A stretch of DNA of 63,067 nucleotides, the filler included, from Octopus bimaculoides (Eukaryota): assembly GCF_001194135.2 (NCBI RefSeq). It is 11 parts of 9 records of this genome, joined end to end, with 100 filler letters (N's around TTAATTAATTAA, not from the genome) between each part and the next. Parts side by side here need not be neighbours in the genome. Positions count along the whole stretch, not along the records: positions 26,046 to 30,215 come from NC_068990.1; positions 30,316 to 35,875 come from NC_068982.1; positions 35,976 to 39,432 come from NC_068993.1; 8 more parts are not named here. One strand, 5' to 3'. Shown here piece after piece: positions 26,067 to 38,407 of this stretch; position 1 is the first letter of the stretch, and each line of letters begins with the position of its first letter. The notes beneath the pieces are model-generated. The model had not been told where the DNA came from and searched no databases. It was given only the letters and a program-made list of their open reading frames with translations. Made by a program: the position numbers and the translations under genes.

Positions 26067-26279
26067 CAGTTTAGCATCAAAATTAGGGTCCGTTTTAGAA
26101 GCTGAGGAATGGTAAACATTTTCCAGATTTCTACTCTTTTATTGTTCGATGAGAAAATGTTGACGATTTCTGTTTGAGGCAAAACTGTTTTATTCAGTTT
26201 GGCGATGTTGCTAAGAATTATGTTGGCGTCTTTTGTTCTCTTTTTATTGAGGAGCCATCGGGGAGATTCGTCTAGGAAA
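26067..26279 (-). CDS. Internal exon of an SLC22 / organic cation transporter-like MFS protein: (C)FLDESPRWLLNKKRTKDANIILSNIAKLNK...KMFTIPQLLKRTLILMLN(W)
   Basis: ESPRWL motif and 'xFxxPxLxKRTLILMxxW' motif. Acceptor tttccgttttctatttgcaag|, donor TG|GTGAGT. 213 nt, phase 2 to phase 2, matching the intron positions I recall for SLC22 genes. The specific paralogue cannot be assigned. Confidence 0.92.
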
Positions 26280-27096
26280 CTTGCAAATAGAAAACGGAAA
26301 GTACAACAACAACACACTCACATATATATATGTACACACATGCACATACATACACATTCACATACATACACTTTGGTAGATAGATTGACATTTGTTCATG
26401 GTGCCATACACTGAGACTGAACCCAGAACCATGTAGTTGGGAAGCAAACATCTTACCGCACAGTCACGCCTGCACCTATAATGTTAATAAAGATGTTTAA
26501 AAGTCAGGTGAAGCCTGTATTTGAAGCTTCTTAAATTACCCGTCTCTAAACATCGAATGCTTTTGCCCCAAAAGAACTGATTGGATTCAAACAAAGGTAC
26601 AGGTGTTAGATCAGAGTTTTCCTTCCCCTAGAGAGATATCTAAACAAAGACTAAGGGTTCCTCACCCCCAGCTGTCCTTTGAAGTGTTTTGTTTCTCATC
26701 CTGGAGGGTGTCCGACATAATCACCCACCTCACCCTCACTCTCCTTCCGAAGCGAGCTTGTTAGGGTTGCAAGTTTAGCGGCCACCAGCCTATGTGACAG
26801 GTTGTACATACATGCACACATGTCCACACACACACACACACACACATGCGCGCATACACACGCAGAGAAATCCATCCATCTACCCACCCATAGATATAGA
26901 TATATACATCTATATACCCGCACATACTTAAATCCATCCATATATATATAAACCCATACAATCATACGTACATACATGCATACATTGATACATACACTCA
27001 GCCATACTTACATCCATAGACATGCATACAGTCACATAAACATAAATCCATTGACCATACACCCATATATGAATGCGTACACACATGCCTACTTAC

Positions 27097-27179
27097 CAGA
27101 GATAGGCGATACCGAGCACCAGTGACGGGATTGATATTATGATCATCAAAGTCCTCCAGGTCCTCACAAAATAAGTCAG
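27097..27179 (-). CDS. Internal exon (5' part lost in the N gap) of an SLC22 / organic cation transporter-like MFS protein: LTYFVRTWRTLMIIISIPSLVLGIAYL
   Basis: Matches the SLC22 'AYFxRxWRxLqxxxsxP' segment. Ends TG|GTAAGT (phase 2 donor) and joins in frame (TG+T = Cys) to the exon at 26279. Confidence 0.85.
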
Positions 27180-27693
27180 NNNNNNNNNNNNNNNNNNNNN
27201 NNNNNNNNNNNNNNNNNNNNNNNNNNNNNNNNNNNNNNNNNNNNNNNNNNNNNNNNNNNNNNNNNNNNNNNNNNNNNNNNNNNNNNNNNNNNNNNNNNNN
27301 NNNNNNNNNNNNNNNNNNNNNNNNNNNNNNNNNNNNNNNNNNNNNNNNNNNNNNNNNNNNNNNNNNNNNNNNNNNNNNNNNNNNNNNNNNNNNNNNNNNN
27401 NNNNNNNNNNNNNNNNNNNNNNNNNNNNNNNNNNNNNNNNNNNNNNNNNNNNNNNNNNNNNNNNNNNNNNNNNNNNNNNNNNNNNNNNNNNNNNNNNNNN
27501 NNNNNNNNNNNNNNNNNNNNNNNNNNNNNNNNNNNNNNNNNNNNNNNNNNNNNNNNNNNNNNNNNNNNNNNNNNNNNNNNNNNNNNNNNNNNNNNNNNNN
27601 NNNNNNNNNNNNNNNNNNNNNNNNNNNNNNNNNNNNNNNNNNNNNNNNNNNNNNNNNNNNNNNNNNNNNNNNNNNNNNNNNNNNNNNNNNNNN

Positions 27694-27726
<33 letters not shown>

Positions 27727-28697
27727 TAGTAAGAAGAAAAAAGGAATTAAAAAATCCAGGCAGATGTCAATAAATCACTCATCTTTAACTGAATTTGGTT
27801 AACAATATCCAACAATCAGACACCAATAAATGCAAGTAGAATACACATCCAACGTAATTCCTCCTGGATGACGAATGGATCTAAATAGCATTTAGAAGAG
27901 TTTCAAGAAATTCAGAGTATTAGACAACAAAAGTAGGAATAGAGGAAATCACATTTTTAATTGTTGAATTCACCAAAGAAAGCCGTCGACCGTTTCTGTT
28001 GTATCGCCATATTTGAATTCAGGAAATATTCAAATTAATATACCCAAAAATGCATCAAGGCACCTTGGGCAAGTATCTTCTACTATAGCCTTGTGCTGAC
28101 CAATGAGTTGTGAGTGGATTTGATAGATGGAAACTGAAAGAAGCCTGTCGTATACTCATGGACACTTGAAGTGTACAGACGTGGCTTGCTTCCCTCTGCC
28201 ACAGTCAGTAGGAAGCTGTAAAGCTACAAAGCCAAACTGACCGTTTAGATATATATTTGTAACCACGAGTTTACCTACAAACTCGTAGGATTTTTTACTT
28301 AGCTACAAATTATACCCTAAACAAACAGGCAAATAACCCCCAAACTCTCACCCATAAAACAGAATATATCTATATATACACTTCTTTTATATACTTCTTT
28401 AATATCTTCAGATAATCAAAGCCTCACACACATAAGAAAGAATATATACATGTATCTGAAACAAAACAAAACCTAGAGAAAAAACTTTTGAAATATAACC
28501 CCAAATGTAATTGGTAGAACTGTATACATATTCAATCTCATGCGGATGTCTCGTGTATAGTTCTGCAAATTATATTGCCAAGACGATCATACTGAAGNNN
28601 NNNNNNNNNNNNNNNNNNNNNNNNNNNNNNNNNNNNNNNNNNNNNNNNNNNNNNNNNNNNNNNNNNNNNNNNNNNNNNNNNNNNNNNNNNNNNNNNN

Positions 28698-30130
28698 ACT
28701 TTGTTTTCTGTAGTATTTCATTCAAGGGATCATTCTCAGTACATAGATCAGTGGAGACACACTGTTCCCCTGGAAGGTTCCTCTCTTGATTTTCACCTCT
28801 CCATATCAGGCCTCTCCTGTTTTCTGCTACTTCATACATTTCCATTATTATCCAGAAGTGTGTTATCATATCGTATGCTTTGCGATAGTAAATCTATGCC
28901 ATGCTCAGGTATGTCTTCTCTTGCAGTTCCTGAAAATTGGATTACAAATTAAGAGCTGATCCTTCGTTCACCGGCCTCTCTTTCGGCACTCTTTCTGTTC
29001 AATAGGCAGCAGACCACTTCTTTCCAAGTATCTCTACAGTTCACCAGCCAAAACACCTAACATTGGTTTCTACATTAGCGAAATAAATATTATTGGTCGA
29101 AAGTTGGATGCAACATTCCCCTTTTCAGGATCCTTAACACATAACAATGTCTTTCCCTTAATCATTCAGGTAGGTACTGCGCCTTCCTGCAACCACTCAT
29201 CTAAGTGTTGCATTATCCTTTCATGGAGCCTTCTCAGCTTCTTCATTCAATAACCTTGGACCCCATCCAGTCCTCGACTCTTGCAACTTAGGAATTTTTT
29301 AACTGTTTTATTATTTGGACTTCTATATTTCTTAACTTATCTTGGATTTTATGCAGCCACTCTGCTTAATCATTATGCTCTACAGGTTGGTTCCAGATCC
29401 CTGCTTTCCTCTGCATCTGGTATCATTGTTACATGTAATTTCCCATCTACTTCCTGAAACAGTTTCTTCTGATTTGCTTCAAACAATCTGTTTTGCCTGA
29501 ACTGTCTTTTTCTGTTATCATATCTTTCCAGTTTTGCGTTGATTGCTCCTATTCTTTGTTTCAATTCTTCCAATATCACATCCTACCCTTTATCTCTTGT
29601 TCTTTATGTTCTTTCCAGCATTTTCTTTATGCTTTCCTTCTGCAATTCCCCTCTTCTCCACCTATCAACTTGTCCTAAACGTCTTTTTAACTTTGTTTCT
29701 CACAAATTCGTCTACGCCAATCTGGTTTTTTATGTTCTCTTCTTTTGTATCCAACTCTATATGCGGCAACAATAGCTGCAGCCCAAGTAATCTTGTTAGT
29801 TTCAGTTATATTTCTCATCTGGAATAGCCCAAGGACTGAATCTATCTTTTCGGTTTCAACTTTGAGCTGACGTCGATCAATGTACCTCAGATTGAGGGGT
29901 GCTTGATTCTGGTCTTCTCTAATATATCAGCACAGCATCCTCATTATGTCTTGCTGGTCATCATCGTATTCTTGTGACATAGCTCTTCCTATTACTTCTG
30001 CTTCATTTAGTGAGAATGCATTTACATTTACACTTTGCTCTACGTCTTCACTGCCGCCATTCTGTTCTCACTGGGAACGTTATCCGTTGGTGAAGTATTA
30101 TTTCTATCTTCTACTTTCCTTTTTGTCTCT
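28698..30130 (-). mobile_element. Degenerate Dong/R4-clade LINE ORF (pre-RT region and N-terminal RT), lying upstream of the SLC22 exons in the same segment and probably intronic
   Basis: Fragments NLRYIDRRQLKVETEKIDSVL..RNITETNK, LEELKQRIGAINAKLERYDNRKRQFRQNRLFEANQKK..IPDAEESR, DPEKGNVASNFRPI, TKDQLLI...RKAYDMITH. Multiple stops and frameshifts. Confidence 0.9.
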
Positions 30131-30551
30131 TCAATTTCCATATCTGTTAACCACCCTTTTGCTCTTATTGCTCTTGCCTGGTTGGCTAACCGTTGCTCAC
30201 TTGTTTCGAAGAGTCNNNNNNNNNNNNNNNNNNNNNNNNNNNNNNNNNNNNNNNNNNNNTTAATTAATTAANNNNNNNNNNNNNNNNNNNNNNNNNNNNN
30301 NNNNNNNNNNNNNNNGAAGAAGAAGAAGAAGAAGAAAAAGAAGAAGAAGGAGGAGGAAGTGGAGGAGGAGGAGGAGGAGGAGAAAAAGAAGAAGAAGAAG
30401 AAGAAGAAGAAGAAGAAGAAGAAGAAGAAGAAGAAGAAGATAAGTAACACTGAAGACATTTAACTCGGGAGAATACTGCTTGAAAGCTTGGAAAAGTATG
30501 AAATAACGACATGCAAACATCAAATGAGCTCGAAAAAGTGATGGAAATATT

Positions 30552-30957
30552 CTTTTCGACTCTAGGCACAAGGCCCGAAATTTTGGGGGAGGGGGCCAGT
30601 TGATTAGATAGACCCCAGTACGCAACTGCTACTTAATTTATCGATTCCGAAAGGATGAAAAGCAAAGTCAACCTCAGCGGAATTTGAACTCAGAACGTAA
30701 AGACAGACGAAATAACGCTAAGCGCTTCGCCCGGCGTGCTAACGTTTCTTTTTTACACTATGTACAAGGCCCGAAATTTTTGGGGAGGGGGCCAGTAGAT
30801 TAGATCGACCCCAGTACTGGTACTTAATTTATCGACCCCGAAAGGATTAAAGGCAAAGTGAACCTCGGCGGAATTTGAACTCAGAACGTAAAGATAGACG
30901 AAATACCGCTAAGCATTTCGCCCGGCGTGCTAACGTTTCTGCCAGCTCACCGCCTTA
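30552..30957 (-). mobile_element. Two tandem, well-conserved SINE family A copies
   Basis: Copies at about 30552-30750 and 30760-30957 are highly similar to each other and to 2536-2747. Confidence 0.9.
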
Positions 30958-31149
30958 AAGTGATGGAAATATTGAAAGAGAAATACTAAGTAACATGTAA
31001 AAATTACTGCTCAGTATCACAGGTAATTTCTGTATTTCGAATGCTCATGCTATCCGGCGAATTTATTCTCTTAGTAAATAAACTGTCGACACACGGTTCA
31101 TAACAACATCAGACTGAATCGCTATCCGTCAAAAGTAACAAATAATTCA

Positions 31150-31830
31150 ATTCAAAAGCCTACAATTTAGTCTGCAGGAAATAAAAGAGAAATACTTTGA
31201 TTCTGTGAACAAAAAGTACAAAAAAACATGGCGCTTATAAAACTCAACCGCACTAGAAACAAATAAAATAGTTCCAGACGAAAATAACGAGGGTTTAAAT
31301 AAAGGGACGGACTTCTTACGACTACAAAATAGAACAGGAAATACGTAAATGCATGAGAGTAATATGATTCTGTTGCATATTCGTGTAAAATGAGCGATAC
31401 TACAGCAAAAGGAAACTACGGAAAATAGGGAGGGAAAATTATCCAGATTTAAACTAATGATGGACACCCACAGACTAGCTAACTTAAACAATTATAAAAA
31501 AAAAATCAGCTGAAATTTCATTTAAAAGAAAGAACATTACAAAACAATTAAAGAACAGAATTGAAGGAACAGAAATAGAAACATTGAAATCATGACTATG
31601 GAATCTAAAGGCTGGAATAAATAGCGAATTATTAACAATAGATATCACAAGAATAAAACTAATCGATAAAAATAGCAACGGCAATAAAATTCGATAAAAC
31701 GCAAACATGGCCAACACACAGTTAATGTAAACAGGTACCAATATTATGAATATTAATATTTCCAGTTTAAACGAAACAATGTGCGGCAGACACTGTTCTC
31801 ACAAAGGAAACATGGAACTAACACAAACAC
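31150..31830 (+). mobile_element. Highly degenerate Penelope-like element, GIY-YIG endonuclease region
   Basis: A-rich sense strand. Translation ISFKRK...ETLKS*LWNLK...NSNGNKI and LNETMCGRHCSHK resembles the PLE endonuclease C-terminus (FKxR..H..SF..T.LS..IWxLK..NGxKxCxLC..LNKR.E..S.CRH). Confidence 0.5.
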
Positions 31831-31921
31831 AATATTGGACGTTTCCAGGATTTTTCAAGTAAAAACAGCCTTAAAAAGTACGACAAATTAAGACAGAGAA
31901 CCGAAATCAAACGTTTTTAGA

Positions 31922-32885
31922 TACGTGGTTTGATCCGGACTGTTGCCATAGTAACGAAGCTAAAGCACTCAGAGTAAAGCCGCTTGGCACAAATTGACCT
32001 TAAACTCTGCTTGTGTATGCACTAAGTTTTAACGTTCTAGCTCACTTCTGCTGTTTACAGCAGTGCTTGGAAGGAAGGTGTGTAGCGTGTGATCGTTGCA
32101 TGACAGAGAACATCGAGTAGAGAATCAGCATCAAATTTTGTCAAAAACTTGGCGATACCAGTTCAGAGGCTTACGCAAAGTTTTCAAAAACTTTTCATCA
32201 TTCTCGATACACTCAACGAGATCTTGCGCAAATGAAACCCGAGTGTTGTTTTGGTCAGCTGAAAGTAGTTTTGGCACAAACTTGGCAGACACACATCTCA
32301 TACTCAAATCTTCAGTGATAATGGACTGAACTGAACCGTAACTAATCTGCACNNNNNNNNNNCAAACTTGGCAGACACACATCTCATACTCAAATCTTCA
32401 GTGATAATGGACTGAACTGAACCGTAACTAATCTGCACATCCTCTGATAACTCACGGATGGTGATTCGACGATTTCCTCTCAAAACTGCATGCACATCTG
32501 CGATGTTTTTCTCAGTCCTGCTGGTCGCAGGTCTCCCAGAACGTTCGTCGATATCGACATATTTTTGGTCATCTTGGAAACGTCTGAACCACTCGTACAC
32601 TTGTGTGCGCCTCATACACTCCTCTCTATACTCTTTCTGCAACTTTGTGTAGACCTCTGAGCAGATATTGCCGAGAGAATTTTCTCTTTCATGGTCAATG
32701 TGACAATCACACGCTACACACGCTCTTTCCAAGCACTACTCTAAACAGCGGAAGTGAGTTAAAACGCTAGAACTTAGTGCGCATGCACAGCAGAGTTCAA
32801 GGTCAATTTGTGCCAAGTGACTTTATTCTGAGTGTTTTAGCTTCGTTACTATGGCAACAGTCCGGATACTTATTCATCAGACCTA
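31922..32885 (-). mobile_element. Non-autonomous mariner derivative with ~250 bp inverted arms, retaining only the transposase HTH region
   Basis: Minus-strand translation LGNICSEVYTKLQKEY...RTQVYEWFRRF...DERSGRP...RRITIREL...VSAKFVPKLL...FLKT ends before the first catalytic D. Both ends carry ..TCCGGACTGTTGCCATAGTAACGAAGCTAAA in inverted orientation, with TA at the borders. Confidence 0.9.
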
Positions 32886-33499
32886 GAACTCGTTGAAAAA
32901 TAACAGAAATAGTATTGTAAGTTGTAATTTAAGTGACAAATATTACAAACAGTAACAGGAACACCACCGCTAACAGCAGCTAAAACAAGGCAATATATAT
33001 TTTGTTGACGTTGCGGGTCATAGTGAGGCACTTCATATAATCCTGCTCCACAAATAGAAAACATATAAAGGATGTATTTTACAAGAGAGAATAACTCTTC
33101 GTCCAATAATTTTATCCAAGAAATGAGGTATGTCAAGACTATCGATTTTGCAATTAGCAGGTTGAGCTCCCATGTGCCCTCAATAAAAGGGTTATGAAAG
33201 AATTAGAGAGTAATCTGTAAGATGTGCAGGATATGTGCCCCTCGATTGGAGAAAATCCTATAGAAGTGTGTACCTGAAGATGAGGTAGCGACGTGCGTTG
33301 GCAATGGGTGACTTTCTGGCACGCATAATGCTCTTCTGGCAAGATTTGTATGCTAGTCGAAGAAAGTACGACCGTACGGTGCATGACACAATACGTAGCC
33401 GTTAAGGTCACTGGTACTTTTGCAATGTGGTATTAATGTATTAACGTTGGTCAGATTATCCTTTTTTTTTCTTTGTTATAACGAAACATTGACGGGCAA

Positions 33500-34700
33500 T
33501 GTTTAAGGGTTTCAACCAGTAACCGAAAATTTTGTAAATTTCAAGGACTTTTCAGTTGATTGCAAATCTTTAAAATACTGCCGAATTTCTTGCTGGATAT
33601 GGTACCTTTGTGCATTGTCATGATTTTCTTTTCTTATCATTGAGCTTTTAGAATGGTTTAAATATGTTTGTTCTATATTCCGTTCTTGTATGCTTCAACT
33701 GCCAATGATGCGAGTGTGCCATGAAGTGTTGTGATGTTTTCGTGTTAAAGTACATGGAAATTATTTTGCATTTGATTAAAATGCATTAACGTTTTCTTTT
33801 TTGAAGTGTGTTATCTTGCATGATATTTTGCGGAATATTTCTTTAACCATTCTTTTACTTACCTCTTATTGATTCTATATTTTTTAAAAAATTGTTTTCC
33901 TTTTAATTTCCATATTAGTGTTTTCAACTTCGCCAAGTAAAAACAGGTCTTTCTGTTTCCGTTTTCATCTTTAGTATATTTTCTTTTCATTTTTGTGATG
34001 TTTCGCTGAAGACAGCCTGACTTTATTAGGATCAAGCCTGATTTCCCTCGATACTGTCTCTGAATAGATTAGATTATCCAGTCAGTCGATATTAGGGTAA
34101 TATACATGCGTGGAATGAATTTATTGCTGGGCTATGTGACATATTTATCATTTCGTAGAGGTGCATATTTCAGTAGCTTTTTGGTAGGCTTTATGCATTT
34201 TCATTGAATTTGTTGATCTTTTCTGTTTTCCTCTTACTTTTTGTTAGCCTCAATGGGGATCAATTGTGATGGTATGCTTTCAATTGATTTGTTCTTAAGT
34301 GTTGAGTCGAAGGGCATTATTTTGTTGTAGTTGTGTCATTGGTTGAACGAGACTGCAGCGGATTTTCATAATCATTTTGGCTATTCTTTTTCCTCTAAGT
34401 CTGTATTTGTTCTGCTTTAAAACCTAGCATTGTTCGTGTGAGGTGGGTTCTGTAATATGTTCATTATGCTTTGAATCTTCATTTTATTGTATGTTTGTTT
34501 GATTGTTATGTGTTAACTTCTTTTCTTCTGTGGAGATTTATATCTTCTTGTTTTGGTGAGGTGTCTACTGTTGTGATGCGGCCATTAGTTTATGAGATAT
34601 TATCTTTTTCCGTGTGGTCGATTGTTTTGCGTATTTTCAATGTTCTTTTTTTTCTTTTAATGAATTGTTTATTTCTGTTTCTGATATCTGTTTATTGAAT
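33500..34700 (-). mobile_element. Possible very degenerate Penelope-like element
   Basis: T-rich plus strand. Minus-strand fragments (FDSTLKNKSIES...KAYQKATEICT) loosely resemble the PLE endonuclease. Confidence 0.3.
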
Positions 34701-34959
34701 ATAAATCTTTTCTCCATTCACTGGGGAGTTAGATTTAGTGACTATCTTATTTTCGATTTCTCCTCTCCACAACGTTCTACGGCTCCTTGATATTATTCAT
34801 GTGTGTTGCACAAAGCAAAAAAGTAGATTACGAATGTAGAGCGTCAGTGAACGGTTTGTTGTCCCAACTTTCTCATTTGCGATTGCTTTTAATTTCATGG
34901 ACAGCAGAAGTACGAGTCGATCCGTTTTGAGAGGACCCAATTTGATGGTGTTGTTGTTG

Positions 34960-35370
34960 CTGTTGTTGTCGTTGAACTTATTTGATGAAAACTCTCAGCT
35001 TATTTTACTGGGTTTGATGGAAAGTGTCAGCTGTCCACAGCCAGCAGACTAAGGTGGCACTTGTTTTACTGGTCATGCTTCAAGAACCCTGCGAAGAATT
35101 CTTGCAGTTCCTAGCAAATGCTGACTTTTGTAGGTCTTCTACCTTCACACTTGCACCACTCTTTTTCAGCCNNNNNNNNNNCTGCGAAGAATTCTTGCAG
35201 TTCCTAGCAAATGCTGACTTTTGTAGGTCTTCTACCTTCACACTTGCACCACTCTTTTTCAGCCATGTTGGTAGTTGAGTGCTGATACTTCCAACTGCAC
35301 CAATTACTGGTATCACGTCTACTCTCTTCATTGACCACAACCTTTGTATTTCACACTTCAAATCGTCGTA
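34960..35370 (-). mobile_element. R4-clade LINE 3' fragment (RLE C-terminus)
   Basis: EIQRLWSMKRVDVIPVIGAVGSISTQLPTWLKK..KVEDLQKSA. Contains an artefactual ~83 nt duplication around the 10-N gap. Confidence 0.8.
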
Positions 35371-35535
35371 GTTGTTTATTTTTTAATTTTTTCTCATTGT
35401 TCCTGTTGTCACTGGGGCATGTTATGTCGATTATCATACATGTTCTTTCTTTTTTATTCACCACAACAATGTCCGGTTTCTTGTGTCTGGTCAGGTAACC
35501 GCATTGAATCATTGCATTCCACAGGATTCTTGGTG

Positions 35536-35585
<50 letters not shown>

Positions 35586-35589
35586 CATT

Positions 35590-35875
35590 ATTTTATGTTT
35601 GACTTTTGCTTTGCATTTGTACAAGTTGGATCCAAGTCTCACCCAGAGACCTCAAGAGACAGCAAGTTAGAAGTTCATGTAGGTGTTATGCCTAGGGTAC
35701 CATATATTTGGATTTGTACAGTTTTGTTCTAGTGAATGTTTAAAAAACCATAAGAAAATTATGTGTTTGTTTTAAAATTTGAGATCACATAGACAGTATT
35801 TTACGTAGGATATGGGCAGTTCCCATGAGCACTATCTTTTGAACTTCAGCCATTTTGGGGTTTCCTGGTATCTGA
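35590..35875 (-). mobile_element. Dong/R4 LINE 3' end with (TAA)n tail at 35535-35590
   Basis: Near-identical to 8940-9220 (QIPGNPKMAEVQKIVLMGTAHILRKILSM* plus UTR). Confidence 0.9.
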
Positions 35876-36510
35876 NNNNNNNNNNNNNNNNNNNNNNNNN
35901 NNNNNNNNNNNNNNNNNNNTTAATTAATTAANNNNNNNNNNNNNNNNNNNNNNNNNNNNNNNNNNNNNNNNNNNNCCCAACCATCGCTTGACAACCGATG
36001 CTGGTGTGTTTACGTCTCCGTAATCTAGCGCTTCGGCAAAACAAAACCGATACAATAAATACTAGGCTTACAAAGAATAAGTCCTGGGGTCGATTTGTTC
36101 CACTAAAGGTGGTGCTCCAGCATGGCCGCAGTCAAATGACTGAATCAAGTGAAAGAATAAAAGAATATATATATATATATATATTTATATATCCAGTGAT
36201 CACGTGACCGACCAGACCATCAGATGTTGTTACACATCGCTGGTCATAATGCGCTTTGCATTGTTTTGGCCTTCAAATGACGCCACTGCGATGGCTAGGC
36301 GAGCAGGCGATCCATACCTCCTGTTTGAAGGGGGACTGGAGCAATGTGAAATGAGGTGTTTTGCTCAAGAACACGACGCGCTGCCCAGTTAGGAAATCGA
36401 ACTCACGATCGCTAGAGTGCAGGAGCCTAACCACTAGGCGACGCGCCTTCAGCCCCCTCAACACACGAATATACAAATTTGTGTGTATATGTTTGGGTGT
36501 AAATATATAA

Positions 36511-36579
<69 letters not shown>

Positions 36580-36790
36580 GTCTGTCTAAAATCTCTCACC
36601 ATCTCCTTATATGTAATGATGTGTTCAATACATATAAATTTTTTCCCTCAGTTTCTAATTATGGAATTATGTTCAAATAAGTTCAGATTTTGTCCGTTTT
36701 TCCTAATTAGGTTTCCAGTAATTATCTTGAAAATAAAAACAATAGTAACTGCTCCGGACTATATAATATTGTCTTCTCACGCCAACGAAG

Positions 36791-36829
<39 letters not shown>

Positions 36830-36833
36830 TCAT

Positions 36834-36880
<47 letters not shown>

Positions 36881-37059
36881 CTCTCTCTCTCTCTCTCTCT
36901 CTCCCTCNNNNNNNNNNNNNNNNNNNNNNNNNNNNNNNNNNNNNNNNNNNNNNNNNNNNNNNNNNNNNNNNNNNNNNNNNNNNNNNNNNNNNNNNNNNNN
37001 NNNNNNNNNNNNNNNNNNNNNNNNNNNNNNNNNNNNNNNNNNNNNNNNNNNNNNNNNNN

Positions 37060-37121
<62 letters not shown>

Positions 37122-37230
37122 ACACACACACGCACACAGATCATGATAACTTTTTTTATGATTTTTTTAAACAAATTGCAAAGACATAACTTTGGCCTTT
37201 TGGTCAGGGATCGGCATCTTTCTGCAATGA

Positions 37231-37261
<31 letters not shown>

Positions 37262-37425
37262 AAGCCTGCGACATTGTAACTGGTATTGAGTTCTATACAC
37301 TGAAGTTTGTTGCATATTTATCTTGCAAACACTCACATTCATACATATATACCATGCACACACATACATACATACAAGCACACATATACAGAAATACTCC
37401 TGCATATTTACGTGTGTGCGTGTGT

Positions 37426-37460
<35 letters not shown>

Positions 37461-38407
37461 TCATTAGTAAAAAATATAAATATGGTCCATTTTGAATATT
37501 TATATTATTACAATTAGTCTTTCTCTCGCCGTGAAACACATATACTCATACACACACAGACTCACTCGCACAAACACACACATTCACATATATGCACATA
37601 TACACACAAACTCACAAATATTCGAAGCATGTATGTGTTTGTGGGAATGTATGTGTGTGTGTGTGTCTGTGAGCGTAAATGTATGTATGGATGTGTGTAA
37701 ATTAAATTATACGTGTTTGAATGCGTGTGTGCATGTGTGTATAAATGTATATTTGTGTGCGTGTGTGAATGTATGTGTGAATGTGTATGTATGTGTGTGT
37801 GAATACATTGTAGCTATTTAATTGTGTGTGTTTGTGTGGGTGTCTCAATAAACACTATGCAACTCGTTTTTCAAGTGAGGCGCTTTTAATGTCACATGTC
37901 TTGGAATGTGATTTAGAGACAGTGGAACCAACACATTGAACTCTCTCCCTCTCTCTCTCTAACTCTCTCCCACTCACATACATGTACACATACACACTGA
38001 AGCACATATACGCATATGCACATATAAGCATGCATGCACACACACTAGTATTTATATATACATAAATGTGTCTGTGGGTATATATACATATATATCATTT
38101 GTATTTTATATATATATATATATATNNNNNNNNNNNNNNNNNNNNNNNNNNNNNNNNNNNNNNNNNNNNNNNNNNNNNNNNNNNNNNNNNNNNNNNNNNN
38201 NNNNNNNNNNNNNNNNNNNNNNNNNNNNNNNNNNNNNNNNNNNNNNNNNNNNNNNNNNNNNNNNNNNNNNNNNNNNNNNNNNNNNNNNNNNNNNNNNNNN
38301 NNNNNNNNNNNNNNNNNNNNNNNNNNNNNNNNNNNNNNNNNNNNNNNNNNNNNNNNNNNNNNNNNNNNNNNNNNNNNNNNNNNNNNNNNNNNNNATATAT
38401 ATGTATA

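Noticed and set aside
27815-27880. Possible further SLC22 exon (DPFVIQEELRWMCILLAFIGV*) on the minus strand
   Set aside because: Loose resemblance to a later TM segment, but it lies upstream of exons it should follow, has an in-frame stop and only a weak donor.
31484-31741. Hydrophobic membrane-protein-like ORF on the minus strand
   Set aside because: It is the antisense of an A-rich degenerate Penelope-like sequence, and T-rich codons give hydrophobic residues.
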